64,000 bases of DNA from an uncultured Rhabdochlamydiaceae bacterium (GTDB lineage Bacteria; Chlamydiota; Chlamydiia; Chlamydiales; Rhabdochlamydiaceae), in contig CAVQHD010000001.1 of NCBI GenBank assembly GCA_963712275.1, positions 320,001-384,000 on the forward strand, written 5' to 3'. The notes below the pieces were generated by a model. That model had not been told where the DNA came from, made no database searches, and was given only the letters and a program-made list of their open reading frames with translations. Each line of letters begins with the position of its first letter. Positions within the stretch are counted from its first letter, which is position 1. Below are positions 1-12,700 of the stretch, piece by piece. The translations under genes were made by a program, and so were the position numbers.

Positions 1-354
1 TTGGTGCTCAATAATTGCCATCGCGTATATCAGCTTCTTGGCTTGGATCCGAGTGAGGTGATTTATGATAATCCTTATTTTCAACGGTTAACAAAAGCAC
101 ATCCAGGATGTCAGATTGATTATTTGATTCAAACCAAGTTTAATACTCTTTACGTCTGCGAAATCAAATTTTCAAAACAACCAATTGGGCTCTCTGTGGT
201 CAAAGAGATTCAACAAAAAATAGATCGTATTGCAAAATCAAAAAACTTTTCCATTCGCCCTGTTCTTATCCACGTGAATGGAGTTACAGATGCTGTTATA
301 GAAAGTGACTTTTTTGCGGAAATAATTGACTTTGGTCAGCTTTTAATCTATTGA
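1..354 (+). CDS. 3' part of an AAA/ATPase protein with C-terminal PD-(D/E)XK nuclease-like domain (runs off window start)
   Basis: QIDYLIQ...LYVCEIKFS matches the D...ExK motif ending ATPase-PD-(D/E)XK fusion proteins; no N-terminus in window. Confidence 0.7.
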   Translation: MVLNNCHRVYQLLGLDPSEVIYDNPYFQRLTKAHPGCQIDYLIQTKFNTLYVCEIKFSKQPIGLSVVKEIQQKIDRIAKSKNFSIRPVLIHVNGVTDAVIESDFFAEIIDFGQLLIY

Positions 355-1586
355 TGCATGACCACTTTTTTTTGATCGGGCCCTATATAGGATGCTCGAT
401 CGAGGTCTTGCCGATATTTGGGAGATACTAAAAGTTCGTGGTCTGGAGGTAAAAGGCTTTGTAGTTTCTCGAGAGGTGCATTGTACGCGTCACGTAACTT
501 CTGGCAGGAATCGGTGCCATTATAGAAACGCTGGGTATGTTTTCTATGAATGATTGAAGGGGCTGTTGATTGAAAATATGGATCCTCAAATTTTACAACT
601 TGATTTCCTTCTAGGGCTTTTAACAGCTTCTCGGGTGGAATTTTTCCATTTTCATCCATCAGGTCTTTATACTGAATTATTTTGCTTGGAGGAGAAATAT
701 TTGAGTCAAATGCACGTTTACCATTGTATGCCATAAGTTTTATTCCTTCGACACGAGCATTTTGCCGAATCGTATGGTAGGCTTTTGAAAGATTGTCCAA
801 TATTAGCAGAACATAACACCTTTCACCATCGAGCAAAAGCTCTCCAACCTCCTGAGGGCTGAGTTTATGTGCTCGACTGAATTCACTCAGCTGCTCTAAG
901 CCATCGGAGGCATGCTGCGACAAGCTTTCTAAGACTCCGACGGCATACTTGATGCAAGCTTCATCATATTCACTTTTCTTAGTTATGATTTTTTGCATCA
1001 GTCCTTCATAAAGAGAAGTCGTATCTGGAACGGCAGAACCATTCAAAGGCTTTTTCAGTTCAAGCTTGGGTTTCTGGGTAGATGCAGTTGATATAGGGGT
1101 AGTAGTAGAAGAGGTAGGCTCTTTTACCTTCTGTTCCTGAGTCACAGGCGGCTGTGCTGTTAGAATTTGTCCAGAAGAGCTTACAATATCACCTCCAAGC
1201 TGGTGGGACTGTTCAACTTGATTCTCTTTTACGCCCGTACCAGCTATGGAGGCAGTGGCAGAAAGAGCAGGCTTTTCTACTTTCTGCCTCTGATGCACAG
1301 ATTGTTCTGCTGAAATTTGCCCAGGACTTTCAGCATTGTTGCCAGGCCGGGACTCTTTAACTGGGTTCTTCTCCGTGCCCGCACCAGTTTTGTCAAAGGC
1401 TTCGCCATTTTTGTCATTACGCCCTCCAAAAAACCGTGTAGCCACATAGTAAAACACCCCTCCGACAACCAAGAGAATGATAGGAATAGCAAGATAGTTC
1501 ACCCTGGTCGACAGGGAGAAGCTGCCGTAAAAGGCATTGGTTGCAATAGGCTGGGCAAAAGAATGAGGCACAATGGGTCTTGTCAT
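348..1586 (-). CDS. Hypothetical protein with N-terminal transmembrane segment and Ser/Thr/Pro/Gln-rich repeat region; candidate secreted effector
   Basis: 412-aa ORF; hydrophobic YLAIPIILLVVGGVFYYVA at aa 31-49; two ~50-aa internal repeats; no recognisable family. Confidence 0.6.
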   Translation of the reverse strand: MTRPIVPHSFAQPIATNAFYGSFSLSTRVNYLAIPIILLVVGGVFYYVATRFFGGRNDKNGEAFDKTGAGTEKNPVKESRPGNNAESPGQISAEQSVHQRQKVEKPALSATASIAGTGVKENQVEQSHQLGGDIVSSSGQILTAQPPVTQEQKVKEPTSSTTTPISTASTQKPKLELKKPLNGSAVPDTTSLYEGLMQKIITKKSEYDEACIKYAVGVLESLSQHASDGLEQLSEFSRAHKLSPQEVGELLLDGERCYVLLILDNLSKAYHTIRQNARVEGIKLMAYNGKRAFDSNISPPSKIIQYKDLMDENGKIPPEKLLKALEGNQVVKFEDPYFQSTAPSIIHRKHTQRFYNGTDSCQKLRDAYNAPLEKLQSLLPPDHELLVSPKYRQDLDRASYIGPDQKKVVMHQ

Positions 1587-1695
1587 ATTTCCCTATAAAA
1601 GTTAGCTATAGGATGCCACAAAACGTATTAAATTAGTACTATTTTCCCCTGAACTGCACTAAGGACTCCGGGATTCCTATGAACCTATCCGTTTT

Positions 1696-2976
1696 TCAAG
1701 TTGTTTGAGTATATCCAAGGTTATTTTGAAAAATGTAAGGAAAAAAGCAGCTCTCTTTATACTTAAAGAAAGCCCATTTTGCATTCAGCAGCTCAAGACA
1801 TGCGTCTAAACTTTCGCCAGAATAAATTTCTGCGCTATTGTCATATAGAACGTATCTGTTTGTTGGATTATCAATTTCTAATAGAACAGCATGATTCGCT
1901 GCTGTTTTATTAGAATCTGTTAAAGAGTCCTCAGAGGAACCTGCAATGATAAAAAAACCTGAAAAATCTGCTTGGCCAATTTCTGGACATTCTTTAATTA
2001 AACCTGATTTTTGAAGCGTTTCATCGCATAAAAAGAAAGGTTTTTTATTTTTAACATTGCTGTTTTTAGGATAAATTAAATGCGGATATGAGTGAAGGGG
2101 ATTAAAACTGTCTAGACAGAAGGTTCCTTTGTCGACAGCGTAAGTTCGATGGATTCCAAAATCATCATCATATAAAGCGCACCATGAGATGAATTCTTTG
2201 CCAGTTGTTGGTTTTAACTCCTCAAATATCTTCTCTTTCAATATCCAGTCAAAAGGAAGGTTCTGGTCGATGACGTAGGAACATAACTTCTCAAATTCCT
2301 CATCTGAAAACTCCGCAACTTCTTGAAAACTCAACCCATAGGTTTTTAGGCATTCTATATGCCGTCTATAACAAAAATATGAAGCCCGCTTTCCTAAGAT
2401 ATTTTTTTCTTCCGTCGTTAATTGTAAAGGTATTCCGTCTGCTGAACCATGCCAAGTTTTATCAATTCTTTTACGAATTTCCTTACTGACTGCTTGCATG
2501 AACTGAAAACCCATTGCTCTCTTTGGAAATTTATCCCCACACTCAATCATTTGCAGCTCAGCCGCGCTCAAAATCTTACCTCGACGAATAATTTCTTTCC
2601 CAAGCGCGCAGCAATTTCCGAAACAAGACCCTTCTACTTTTTTCAAAGGGGTTCTCTTAAAAATCTCCTCTTTTTGACTCAGATAAACCTGATCCCAACT
2701 ATTACTAGTCTTCGGATTAACAATTTTATCAAAACATTTCTTTACAACCTTAAGAGCGCCTTCGTAATCGTTTGGATGTGTCTTATAGCAAAAGTGCCCT
2801 CGTGTTTTTAATAATCTTGCTGAATGACGGGAGAAAATAAGCCATCCTATTACAAGCTGCGTGATCCCAATGAAGGCAAGAACCATCACCTCTTTGCCCC
2901 TGAATAATGAGCAAACAGTATTAAAATAATTTTTAAATGAAGGACACAAAAAATGCAGAGATTTAATATCTGTCAT
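1696..2976 (-). CDS. Hypothetical membrane-anchored protein, possible YopT/C58-like papain-fold cysteine protease effector
   Basis: 426-aa ORF; hydrophobic VMVLAFIGITQLVIGWLIF; GSCFG, NHAVLL and YVLYDN in Cys-His-Asp order. Confidence 0.5.
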   Translation of the reverse strand: MTDIKSLHFLCPSFKNYFNTVCSLFRGKEVMVLAFIGITQLVIGWLIFSRHSARLLKTRGHFCYKTHPNDYEGALKVVKKCFDKIVNPKTSNSWDQVYLSQKEEIFKRTPLKKVEGSCFGNCCALGKEIIRRGKILSAAELQMIECGDKFPKRAMGFQFMQAVSKEIRKRIDKTWHGSADGIPLQLTTEEKNILGKRASYFCYRRHIECLKTYGLSFQEVAEFSDEEFEKLCSYVIDQNLPFDWILKEKIFEELKPTTGKEFISWCALYDDDFGIHRTYAVDKGTFCLDSFNPLHSYPHLIYPKNSNVKNKKPFFLCDETLQKSGLIKECPEIGQADFSGFFIIAGSSEDSLTDSNKTAANHAVLLEIDNPTNRYVLYDNSAEIYSGESLDACLELLNAKWAFFKYKESCFFPYIFQNNLGYTQTT

Positions 2977-3097
2977 TAACTTCTCTAATCCTCAATTAGT
3001 TAAAGAAAAACAATTTTAACATAAAAACATGTTTTTTTACAACAAATTGCCAATTGCTAAAAATATTTTTATGCACAAAAGGGATAGGGAATGAGAT

Positions 3098-3135
3098 CTC
3101 CTCATGGAACTGCGTTTTCTTAATTCCATGAGGAG
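3098..3135. terminator. 12-bp stem-loop, possible terminator just downstream of the 3152-3667 gene
   Basis: CTCCTCATGGAA (3098-3109) / TTCCATGAGGAG (3124-3135); the T-run is on the + strand, so orientation is ambiguous. Confidence 0.45.
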
Positions 3136-3151
3136 CTTTTTTTAACCTATA

Positions 3152-3667
3152 TTAAAAGCAGATACCGTAGGAAACCGTCACAAGGGGATATTTCCCAATA
3201 TGCCGTCCTGAAGATGCGGTAAGAGGGACTATGGGCCATTCAATCTTTGCTTGGAAAAACCGTGTATCTCCTGCTTCATTGGTATATTGCTTACCAAAAA
3301 TAAACTGGGGAGCTGTATACGCCACTGGTCGGTAACGAGAAAACACTTCTGTGATTCCAATCCCTCCACCGACATAGAACTGGGAGGCAAGGTTTGGCTT
3401 AAAATAGTGAAGATAAGCGATATTCTCTTGAACACCGGTGATTGAACCCAAGGTCATCAGATCCAAAGAGAGATCTAATCCATTATGTCCGCTTTGCATT
3501 CTCCACCCTCCGCTAAAGATAGGAAGAGGAATCGGGGCTGGGTCCAGTCCAAGTCCAAGGTAACCATAAGAGGATCGAATGTTTTCTGGTTCTGTGACTG
3601 TCTCAGTCTTTGCATCTGCAAAAGCACTGATCGAAGCCAACATCATTAAAATGATAATTTTTTTCAT
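3152..3667 (-). CDS. Small secreted or outer-membrane beta-barrel-like hypothetical protein
   Basis: Likely start MKKIIILMMLASISAFA (signal peptide, ATG at 3667); alternating hydrophobic strands; ends VTVSYGICF with terminal Phe. Confidence 0.6.
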   Translation of the reverse strand: MKKIIILMMLASISAFADAKTETVTEPENIRSSYGYLGLGLDPAPIPLPIFSGGWRMQSGHNGLDLSLDLMTLGSITGVQENIAYLHYFKPNLASQFYVGGGIGITEVFSRYRPVAYTAPQFIFGKQYTNEAGDTRFFQAKIEWPIVPLTASSGRHIGKYPLVTVSYGICF

Positions 3668-3776
3668 ATTTTCATCCTTTTTCAATTGAATTACAGACAC
3701 AATCGTTGAATTGTAAGGACGACTGAAATTAAAATGAATTAAAAAATAATATAATGCTGTGAATTAAAAATCTAAT

Positions 3777-6700
3777 CTACCTGTAATAGACAGCGGTTTC
3801 TTTGCGAAGATAGGTGTCATCGAAGAAATACGACTTGAAGAAATAGTCACTTGCGAGATTGAAATAAGAAGAATCCATCCCTGGAACCGCAAAGGGAAAG
3901 GAAGGAATAATGACAACGACGGGTGGAGCGGGAGGAATTGGGGCCGGGGCGCAATCTTGAAGAACGACTCCGTTAAAGATGAGGGTGCAAGGAGGGTTGG
4001 AGGGAATGGGGTGAACTGTATTGTCGATGGAGGTTCCATCAAAATCGGCAAGGCTTCTAGAGCTTCCACCGGCTCCTGCAAAAATCTGGTTGGAGCTATT
4101 CACTAAAATAGGACTTGTCAAAGATCCGACATTTCCACCGAGAGCATTAAAATTGGAGGTGTTGACAGACGTAATAAGAACAGGAGCCCCTGTGTTCGAA
4201 ATCGCGCCTAGAGAGACAATATTAACGTTGACGGGATCAATGGGCGCTGAAAAAGTGACCTGTCCTGCGTTGACAAAGAAGTTGTTAATCGTTCCAAGCG
4301 AATGAATGGCGCTTAGAGCAGCAAGGCCTGTCCCCGTATTGATCATGATATTTTCAAAGCTTGTTCCAACGATACTGACAAAAGAAAATGTTCCATTATT
4401 TGTGATGACGTTTAGGTCATTGCTCATCGATAAGATAGCCATTCCACTCGTAAATGCAATAGGGGTTCCAAAAGAGGTGAGATTGGTCTGGGCACCGGCA
4501 TTGAAATTGATGTCGCTGCCGGCTGAGTAGGCCTGTGTATTGGCGGTATAGACGGTATTGGCGAGGTTGATATTGTTGGAGGCGTTCAAGGTGAGAGCCC
4601 CGGTGACTCCAGCTGTAGCTGTGCCGACTCCATTTAAGTTGATATCGTGAGCTGATGTGACGGTGAAGTTTACAAGGGGGGTAGCATCGCCGATAACTTG
4701 ATTGATTGTGACATCGCCTGCTTGTGCATCGAGAGTTAGATTAAAGCTGCCTTCGATCTCTTCGATGGTGATATCTGCCCCTGTGCTTCCTGCAGAAATC
4801 GCAAGATTGCCGGTGAGGTCGTAACGGGCCTGAAATTGAATGGGCTGGTTATTGGTTGTGAGGGATCCTCCTCCTGTGACATGTCCTGTTCCATTCTGAA
4901 GAAAGGGGCCATCGATGGAGAGGACTGCATTCGAGGCAAAGGTGAGGAGACCGGAATTTGTGGCGGTGAAGGGGCCTCCTCCCGTTGTGGTCTCATTTCC
5001 ATTTAACGTAAAGGCGGCTCCTGAAAGGGTGATTCCTGAGGGGCCGCTGGTGGTGAGGTTGCCACTGACGGTTGCTGCCATGGAAACCCCTGAGAGGAGA
5101 ATGCTAGTTGCTGTGATGGACTGTGAGGTAAAAATTTTTTCATTGGTGACTTGGAAGGCTCCGAGGGGTCCGACATTTTGGGCAAAGGTGATGTCTCCTA
5201 GGCCTGCTTGCAGATTCAAATTTTGCAGGCCGGTGATTGTATTTAAGAATGTGATATTTGTGGCGGCTCCACTGGTGCTGAGGTTAACGGTATTGCAGAG
5301 GGTGACAGGTCCTGTGAAAAGAATGGCGGCTCCAGATGTTGTGATCGTATCGCAAAGGGAAACGGCGCCTATGCCAAGTTGCGAGAAAGAACCTGTGAGG
5401 CTCATTGGAGCAGCAGCAGATAGCGTGAGAAGACCGGTATTTGTCACTTGCACGGGGCCGCTGCCGAGGGTGCTGACGGATGCATCAAATGTAAACTGAC
5501 TGCCGGTCAGATTAATTCCATTCATATTGGTTGTGGCAAGAGCTCCGTTAAATGTAGTAAGCCCGCTCCCTGCGACTTGGGTGATAAACCCTGCAGAGAT
5601 TGCTTGTGCTGAGACGTTATTTGCGCTACTGATGGTTATGGAATTAATCGGGGTGATACCTCCAACGGCTGCTAAGAAGGTGATATTTCCGGTTCCGGCA
5701 ATCAAGTTTAGAGTTTGATTTCCATCCACTGTATTAGAAATCAAGATATCACCTCCACCATCGCTATTGAGGGTGGTTGTTTGAGTTAGGGTGATTGGGT
5801 TTGCAAAGGAGATATTGGAATTACTTGCATGGAGAGTCCCTGCTAAAGAAATGATGCCGCTGCCAGTCTCTGTAAAGGGGCCGGAGAGGAGCGTTGAGGA
5901 GCCAAACGTGAGGGAGGAGAGTGCGGTGTGATGGATTAAAAAAGGTCCGCTGGCAGTTGTGATCACAGATCCATTCAAAGCAAAGGTGGTTCCTGTCAAG
6001 TTGATACCACTGGCGCCGCTCGTGTTCAGATTTCCGGTTAAAGTTGTTGTCCCTGTTCCTGCCATTTGCACAATGCTTGCCGCTTTGATGCCTGCGGCCG
6101 TTACATTGCGAGCAGTTGTGATTTGAAGTGCTCCTAGAGGCATTACCGACCCAGCATTACCGCTGAAGGTGATATCATTTGTTCCGGTTGCAAGGGTTAG
6201 GTTTCCAGGACCATCGACAGTGTTTAAGAATGTGATGGGCTCGCTTGCGACATGAGTATCTAGAGAGGCGGTGCCCGAGGTCAAAACGGGAGCTGAAAAT
6301 GTGACAACTCCTCCTGCCGTGATGCTACTAGAAAGCTGGACGGTGCCTGCCCCATTTTGCGTTAAGGCCCCGCTAATGGAGCCCACTGCCGCTGCATTAA
6401 ATGTTGCAAGGCCGCTATTGGTGAGAACGAGAGGACCGCTCGATGTTGTCACTGTGTTATTAAAGGTAAATGCTGTTCCCTGCAAGGTGATGCCGGTTGC
6501 ACCACTGGCAAGAAGAGCGCCGTTAAAAGTTGTTGTCCCTGTTCCCATATTTTGGGTGATGGATCCAGCAATAATTCCCTGAGTTGAGATGTTGCCTGCT
6601 TTATCAAGAACAAGAGAAGTAAGTGGGGTTATCCCTCCTACATTTCCTCCTAAGGTAATCGTTCCGGCGTCTGCATGAATCGTTAATGAGTGAGCCCCTT

Positions 6701-9700
6701 GAATTGTCGCTGTAAAAGTAATGTTGCCATTAATGGGTCCGGAATGGACAGCAACATCGGCTGTCAAAGTCACAGGGTTTGCAAAAGAAATGGTGTTGTT
6801 TGTCGTTGCAACCGCCGCTCCAAGATTGACGCTGCCACCACCGCTTTGAGTGTAGGATCCACTGGCTGTCGTCGCGCCGGCAATTGTTAAAGTCCCTGTA
6901 TTTATTAAGAGAACAGGTCCTCCACCTGTTGTCGTAATGGAACCCATTTGGTTGATGACTCCACCCATGATCGATACTCCAGATGCTCCCGTTGTGCTCA
7001 AGGGGCCTGTAATCGTCGTTGTCCCTGTGCTAGCTGCTTGCACAATGGAGGAGGCATTGACAATTGGATAGGTGATGTTTTGGACAGTATTAACGACGAG
7101 ATTTCCTAGAGGCGTTGTCGCCCCAAGATTTCCACCGAAGATAATATTTCCAGTTCCTGCGGTTAAACTCAGTGTTTGCCCCCCGTCAACAGTATTCGAT
7201 AGGGTAATTGTTCCTGCCCCGGGTCCTGATGAGAGCACCGTGCTGCCTGCTAGCGTGATGGCATTTGCAAAGGAAATGTTCTGATTGCTGGTCGCTATTG
7301 TTCCTGCAAGGGAGACAGCTCCTCCTCCACTTTGGGTGAAACTGCCGCCAATCATTGTGCCATTTCCTAAAGTCAGAGAAAGAGGACCTGTATTTGTAAG
7401 AGAGAAAGGACCTCCATTTGTCGTTGTGACTGTATCATTAATATTAAAATTAGTTCCGACTAAGTTAATACCTAAAACTCCACTTGTTGCTAAGTTGCCC
7501 GTGATTGTTGTCATCCCTGTGCCAGCAACTTGTGAAATCGAAGACGCCGAGATAGCCCCAGCGGTCACATTTTTTGCATTAGAAATGACGAGAGCTCCAA
7601 TGGGAGTTGTTCCAACGGATCCACTGAATAAAATATTTCCTCCTCCTGCATTTAACGTCAAATTATGAGCCGTGACTAAGTCATTGGTTAAAGTGCTTGA
7701 AAAAGTGATATTTTGAGAATTGGAAGAGGCATCTAAGGCTGTTGTCCCTGAAAGAGTAACACCCCGAGCAAACGAGATAGCCCCGCCTGTTGTGATGGTT
7801 CCAGCGATCGTACTCGATCCCGTCCCATTTTGCGTCCACGCACCTGCAATCGAATAGGTTGCGCTGCTAACAGTCAGAGCGCCGCTATTGGTAATGATCA
7901 CAGGGCCGCCGTTTGTTGTTGTCACATTATTATCAAAGGTGAAGGCGCTGCCCGTTAACTGAATACCGCCAACATCAATCGTGCTCAAGGTTCCATCGAA
8001 TGTTGTGAGAGCTGTCCCGGCAAATTGGGTGAGCGTATGAGCAAAAATGGAGGATGATGCTGTGACATTTCTTGCGCTTATAATCTGCAGATCGTGAACA
8101 GGTGTTGCGAGTAGGCCAACGCCGCCGCCAAACGTGATATCACCGCTTCCTGCTGTAAGGACGATGCTCGACGTCCCCTGAATAGTACTTGCAAATGAGA
8201 TGTCTCCTCCAGTTGCAACCATTGAACTCAGCGTCATATTGCCGCTTAAAGTGACAGGCCCTGTGAATTCAATAGCCGCATCATCAGTGGCAATAGTTCC
8301 ACTGATTGACACCGATCCTGCCCCTGTTTGCTGAAATGAGCCGGAGATACCGAAGCTAGCCCCCGGTGTGACAGTGAGAGCTCCTGAGTTATCGAGCACA
8401 ACCCCCCCACCGCTTGCCGTTGTGATCGATCCTGCCAAGTTAATGGTGGGTGTTGTAATGGCAATCCCGCCAACTGCAGTTGATGTGATGCCGGATTGAA
8501 GCGTGGTTGTTCCAGTTCCATTGGTAACGGAAAATGCTCCCACATCGATCGTGCTATTCACCATCACATCGATCGCTGCATTGACGCTGAGCGAGGCCAA
8601 AGGCGCCACCGATCCGATGGGAGCATTAAAAATGACAGAGCCTGGACAAGTGCTGAAATCGAATGATAAGGTGTCGACTCCTGCTGTATTGGCATCGACT
8701 GTATCGTTAAAGGTAATTGTTCCAGAAGTGCCGCACGTATATTGAATATTCCCTTGAAAAATGACAGGACTATTATACGTAAGATTCGTAATGGTCTGAT
8801 TTGAAGAGATTGTCACAGGGGTTGAAGAATTGACATTCAAGCTCGCCGCAAACACATTTGTTCCTAGAACCGGGGTGGGAGTGAAGTGATTTGACGTCAA
8901 TGTGACATCATTCAAATCTTGTCCAAGCGCTCCGATTTGCATAAAGTTGTAAGCGCCCACGCCCGCATTGACTGTGAAATTGAACCCGGTACCCAGAAGA
9001 TCTCCCATTGTGATAGTGGCGCCACTACTATTCAGAGTGAGATCATTGTTTAACTGGATCGTTCCGCTTGCGAAAGTGATAGGCGATGCATTTGAAGAAA
9101 CCGATGTAGCCACTCCGGCAGTAAAATTAAAATTTGATAAAGCTCCAGCTGTATAGGTCTGATTGCTGCCGTTATAAGAAGTTCCTGTAAAGTTGATATT
9201 TGCTGTGGCTGTCACGGATGTCGTGCCGGTGACTCCCGTTCCAGGAGAGCCGAGGTTTCCCCATGTGATATTATCTGCTCCTAAGGTGAGATTGTTGAAG
9301 GGGGTGCCACTTCCAGTTGAGCCGCTGAGGGTAATATTACCCGTTGTCGTTTCCAGAGTGAGATTTTGACCCGCCGTACTCCCATTGACTGTTCCCGAGA
9401 CTGAGATATTGCCTGCTCCTCCACCTGTTGAAATCTCAAGAGAGGTTTGCGTCACAAGATTTCCTGTAAAGGTAATATCGCTTCCATTTGTCGTGATGTT
9501 GCCCCCTACAAAACTACCAACCGTTGTTGTCTCATTCACAGCGCCTGTTGATTGGAGAGAGCTTGTTTGAAAAATTTGTGCTCCTGTTGCAGTTAAGCAG
9601 CCCAAAGGAGTGATAGCTCCAACTGGAGCCTCGAACTGTACATTTCCTGTCCCAGCGTCTGTGGTCAGACATGCAGGGCCATTGACAGTATTCATGAAAA

Positions 9701-12700
9701 CAATATTGCCTCCATTACTTGTAAATGTAGCGGCGATAAGAACGGCGACAGGGCTCGTGTGAGAAATCGTGGCATTTTGTGTGGTGACTGTTCCTCCTAA
9801 GTTCACAAGTCCTGTTCCATTTTGTGTAAAAGCTCCTCCTCCATTTAAAGTGACCATACTCGAGCCTGTTCCTGTTAGGAGGCCGCTATTAGTGACTGTG
9901 AGAGGACCCCCATTTGTCGTGTTGATCGTGCCGTTGCCTATAAAATTATTACCTGTCAAAGTAATGCCGCTTGCTGTATTGGTATCAAGATCGCCGTTAA
10001 GAGTTGAGGTCCCACTGCCGCTTAACTGAGTTACAGAAGCTGCTGTGATCGATTGGACTACAACATCTTGTGCACTTGTAATCGTAAAGACTCCTATGCG
10101 GGGAGATCCTAGGTCGCCACCGATCATGATATCCCCGGCGCCTGCCGTTAAGGTCACATCAAAAGCACCTCCCCCTCCATTTGACAAGGTGATATTTCCA
10201 CCCCCTGAATTGAAAATAACGCCATGTGTGAAAGTAATGGAAGAAGCAATTGAAAGGGCTCCAGCTGTTGTGATATTAGCGCCAAGAGAAACACCGCCGC
10301 TCCCTGTTTGGGTAAAGCTCGTGCTGGCGCTTATTGGCGCGGTAGAGGGCACCGTTAAAGTTCCGGAATTTGCAATAGCAATTGAACCTGTTGTTGTCGT
10401 CACCGTATTATTAAAGGTCACGGCAGTCCCTGTTAAGTTCATTGCAGTTGCTGTCACCGTGCCATTAAATGTCGTAGGCCCTGTCGCTGAAGTAATTGTT
10501 AGTGGACCTGCCATGGTCGCATTGGCGTTAACAAGAATCGTCGCTGCACTTGGAATCGTCATTCCTGTTAGAGGAGTTGTTTGGCCAATGGTTCCCTGTA
10601 AATCGATATTTCCGGCCCCTGCAGTCAGTGTGAATGTTTGAGCTCCATCCACTGCTCCATCTAAAGTGATATTACTCCCGCCCGCTCCAGAGTTGAGAGC
10701 AACAGGTGCTGTTAATGTTAAAGCAGATGCAAAGCTAATCGCACCATTTGCCGTTGTGATCGATCCTCCAGATGAGACGGACCCGGCTCCATTTTGAGTG
10801 AATGCTCCGCTAAGAGAAAAAGTTTTACCGTTTGCAATCGTGAAGAGCCCTGAATTTGTCACCGTCATCACCCCGCCTGCAGAAGTCGTGACGTTTTGAT
10901 TGAAGGTCAAAGCATTCCCTGAAAGGACAATCCCTGCTGAGGCAGACGTTGCAACCGTTCCATTAAAGAGGGCAGTCCCTGTCATGCTGGAGGCAGCCAT
11001 TGAAGAGGCTGCCACAGAAGAAGAGAAGGTCAGGTTATCTGCGCTTTGGATAGTAAGCACCCCCAGGGAACTGATCGAGCCGACAGCCCCAGAAATCGCA
11101 ATATTTCCAGAGGCAGCGTTTAAAGTCAGAGGTTCTGGGGTGCCTCCGCTGTCAATAGTGCTGCCGAATGTAATATTTCCAGATCCTGCGCTGCTATCAA
11201 ATGTCGCAGGGCCTGTCAGTGTGGTCGCGCCATCCAAAGTGATGCTTGATGTATTTGTTGTAATGGTCCCTGCAATTTGAACAGCGCCTGTTCCATTTTG
11301 TAGATAAGCTCCACTCACTGTAGCGGCGCCCCCGATGAAAAGACCTGAATTGGTCACCGTAAAGGCACCTCCGCCTGTCGTTGTCACAGATCCATTTTGC
11401 GTGATGTTATTTCCCGTCAGAGCAATTCCTGCAGCCCCACTTGTCGTCAAATTTCCATTGAAAGTCGAAGTGCCGCTTCCCTCCAGCTGCGTGATAGAGG
11501 CGGCAGAGATGGCTTGGGTTGTCACATTATTCGCGCTATTGATCGTCAGGGCATTGATCGGAGTGGTTCCTCCAATCGCTGCAGAAATAGTGATGTTGCC
11601 TGTTCCTGCAGTTAAGTTCAGATTTTGATCTCCGTCTACTGTGCTGGAAATTAAGATATCTCCTCCGCCATCACTATTCAATGTGGCTCCCTGCGTCAAA
11701 AGGATCGCGTTTGCAAAGGTGATATTGGAATCGCTTGCATGGAGGGTTCCCGCAAGTGAAATGGCGCCGGTGCCGCTCTCTGTAAAAGGACCTGAAAGGA
11801 GTGTCGAAGCCCCAAACGTGAGAGAAGAGGGGGCTGTGTGATGGATTAAAAAAGGTCCGCTAGCGGTTGTAATCACAGAACCGTTCAACGTAAAGGCGGC
11901 ACCTGTCAAGTTGATGCCGCCGATGGCACTCGTATTTAGATTTCCGGTTAAAGTCGTTGTCCCTGTTCCTGCCGATTGTACAATGCTTGCTGCTGTAATT
12001 CCTTGCGTTGAAACATTATCGGCAGAAGAGATGGTGAGGGTGCCAAGAGGGGTGATTGACCCCACGGCTCCTGAGATCGTTAGGCTTCCGCCTCCAGCAG
12101 CTATTGTGAGATTATTGGATCCATCGACGGTATTTGATAAAGTGATATTTTGAGAAGCGGCTGCTGTACTTAAAGTAGCAGTTCCAGCAATGGTGATAGG
12201 TCCTGCGATAGAGATGATGCCGCCAGTTGTGATCGATCCTGCAAGGGAGACTCCTCCCGCGGTGGTTTGAGAAAAAGCGCCTGCAATCGTCCCAACCGTT
12301 CCTGAAGCAAACGAAAGAAGAGCCGAGTTGTTAACGGTTAAAGGGCCGCCTCCAGTAGTCGTCACGTTATTATCAAAGGTAAAGGCTGTTCCTGTAAGAC
12401 TAATTCCTGTCGCTGTACTTGTTTGAACAGCTCCATTAAATGTTGTCGATACAGAGCCGCTTGCCTGAGTGAATGATGAAGCGGTGATTTTCTGCGTTGA
12501 AACAACTCCTGCATGATTAATGAGAATATCAGTTAAGGGAACTGAATCGCCTAAATCACCTCCCAAGGTCGTATTGCCTGTCCCGCTTGACAAAGTGAGT
12601 GTTTCCGCCCCATCAACGGTGCTGGAAAGGGTAATGGAGCCTGCCCCTACACCTGAATTTAAAGTGGAAGCGCCCGTTAAGGTCATGGGGCTGGCAAATG

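Noticed and set aside
3152..3700. Gene after tpsA as a CDI immunity protein
   Set aside because: It has a signal peptide and outer-membrane-like C-terminus, and TpsA shows no VENN motif or toxin domain
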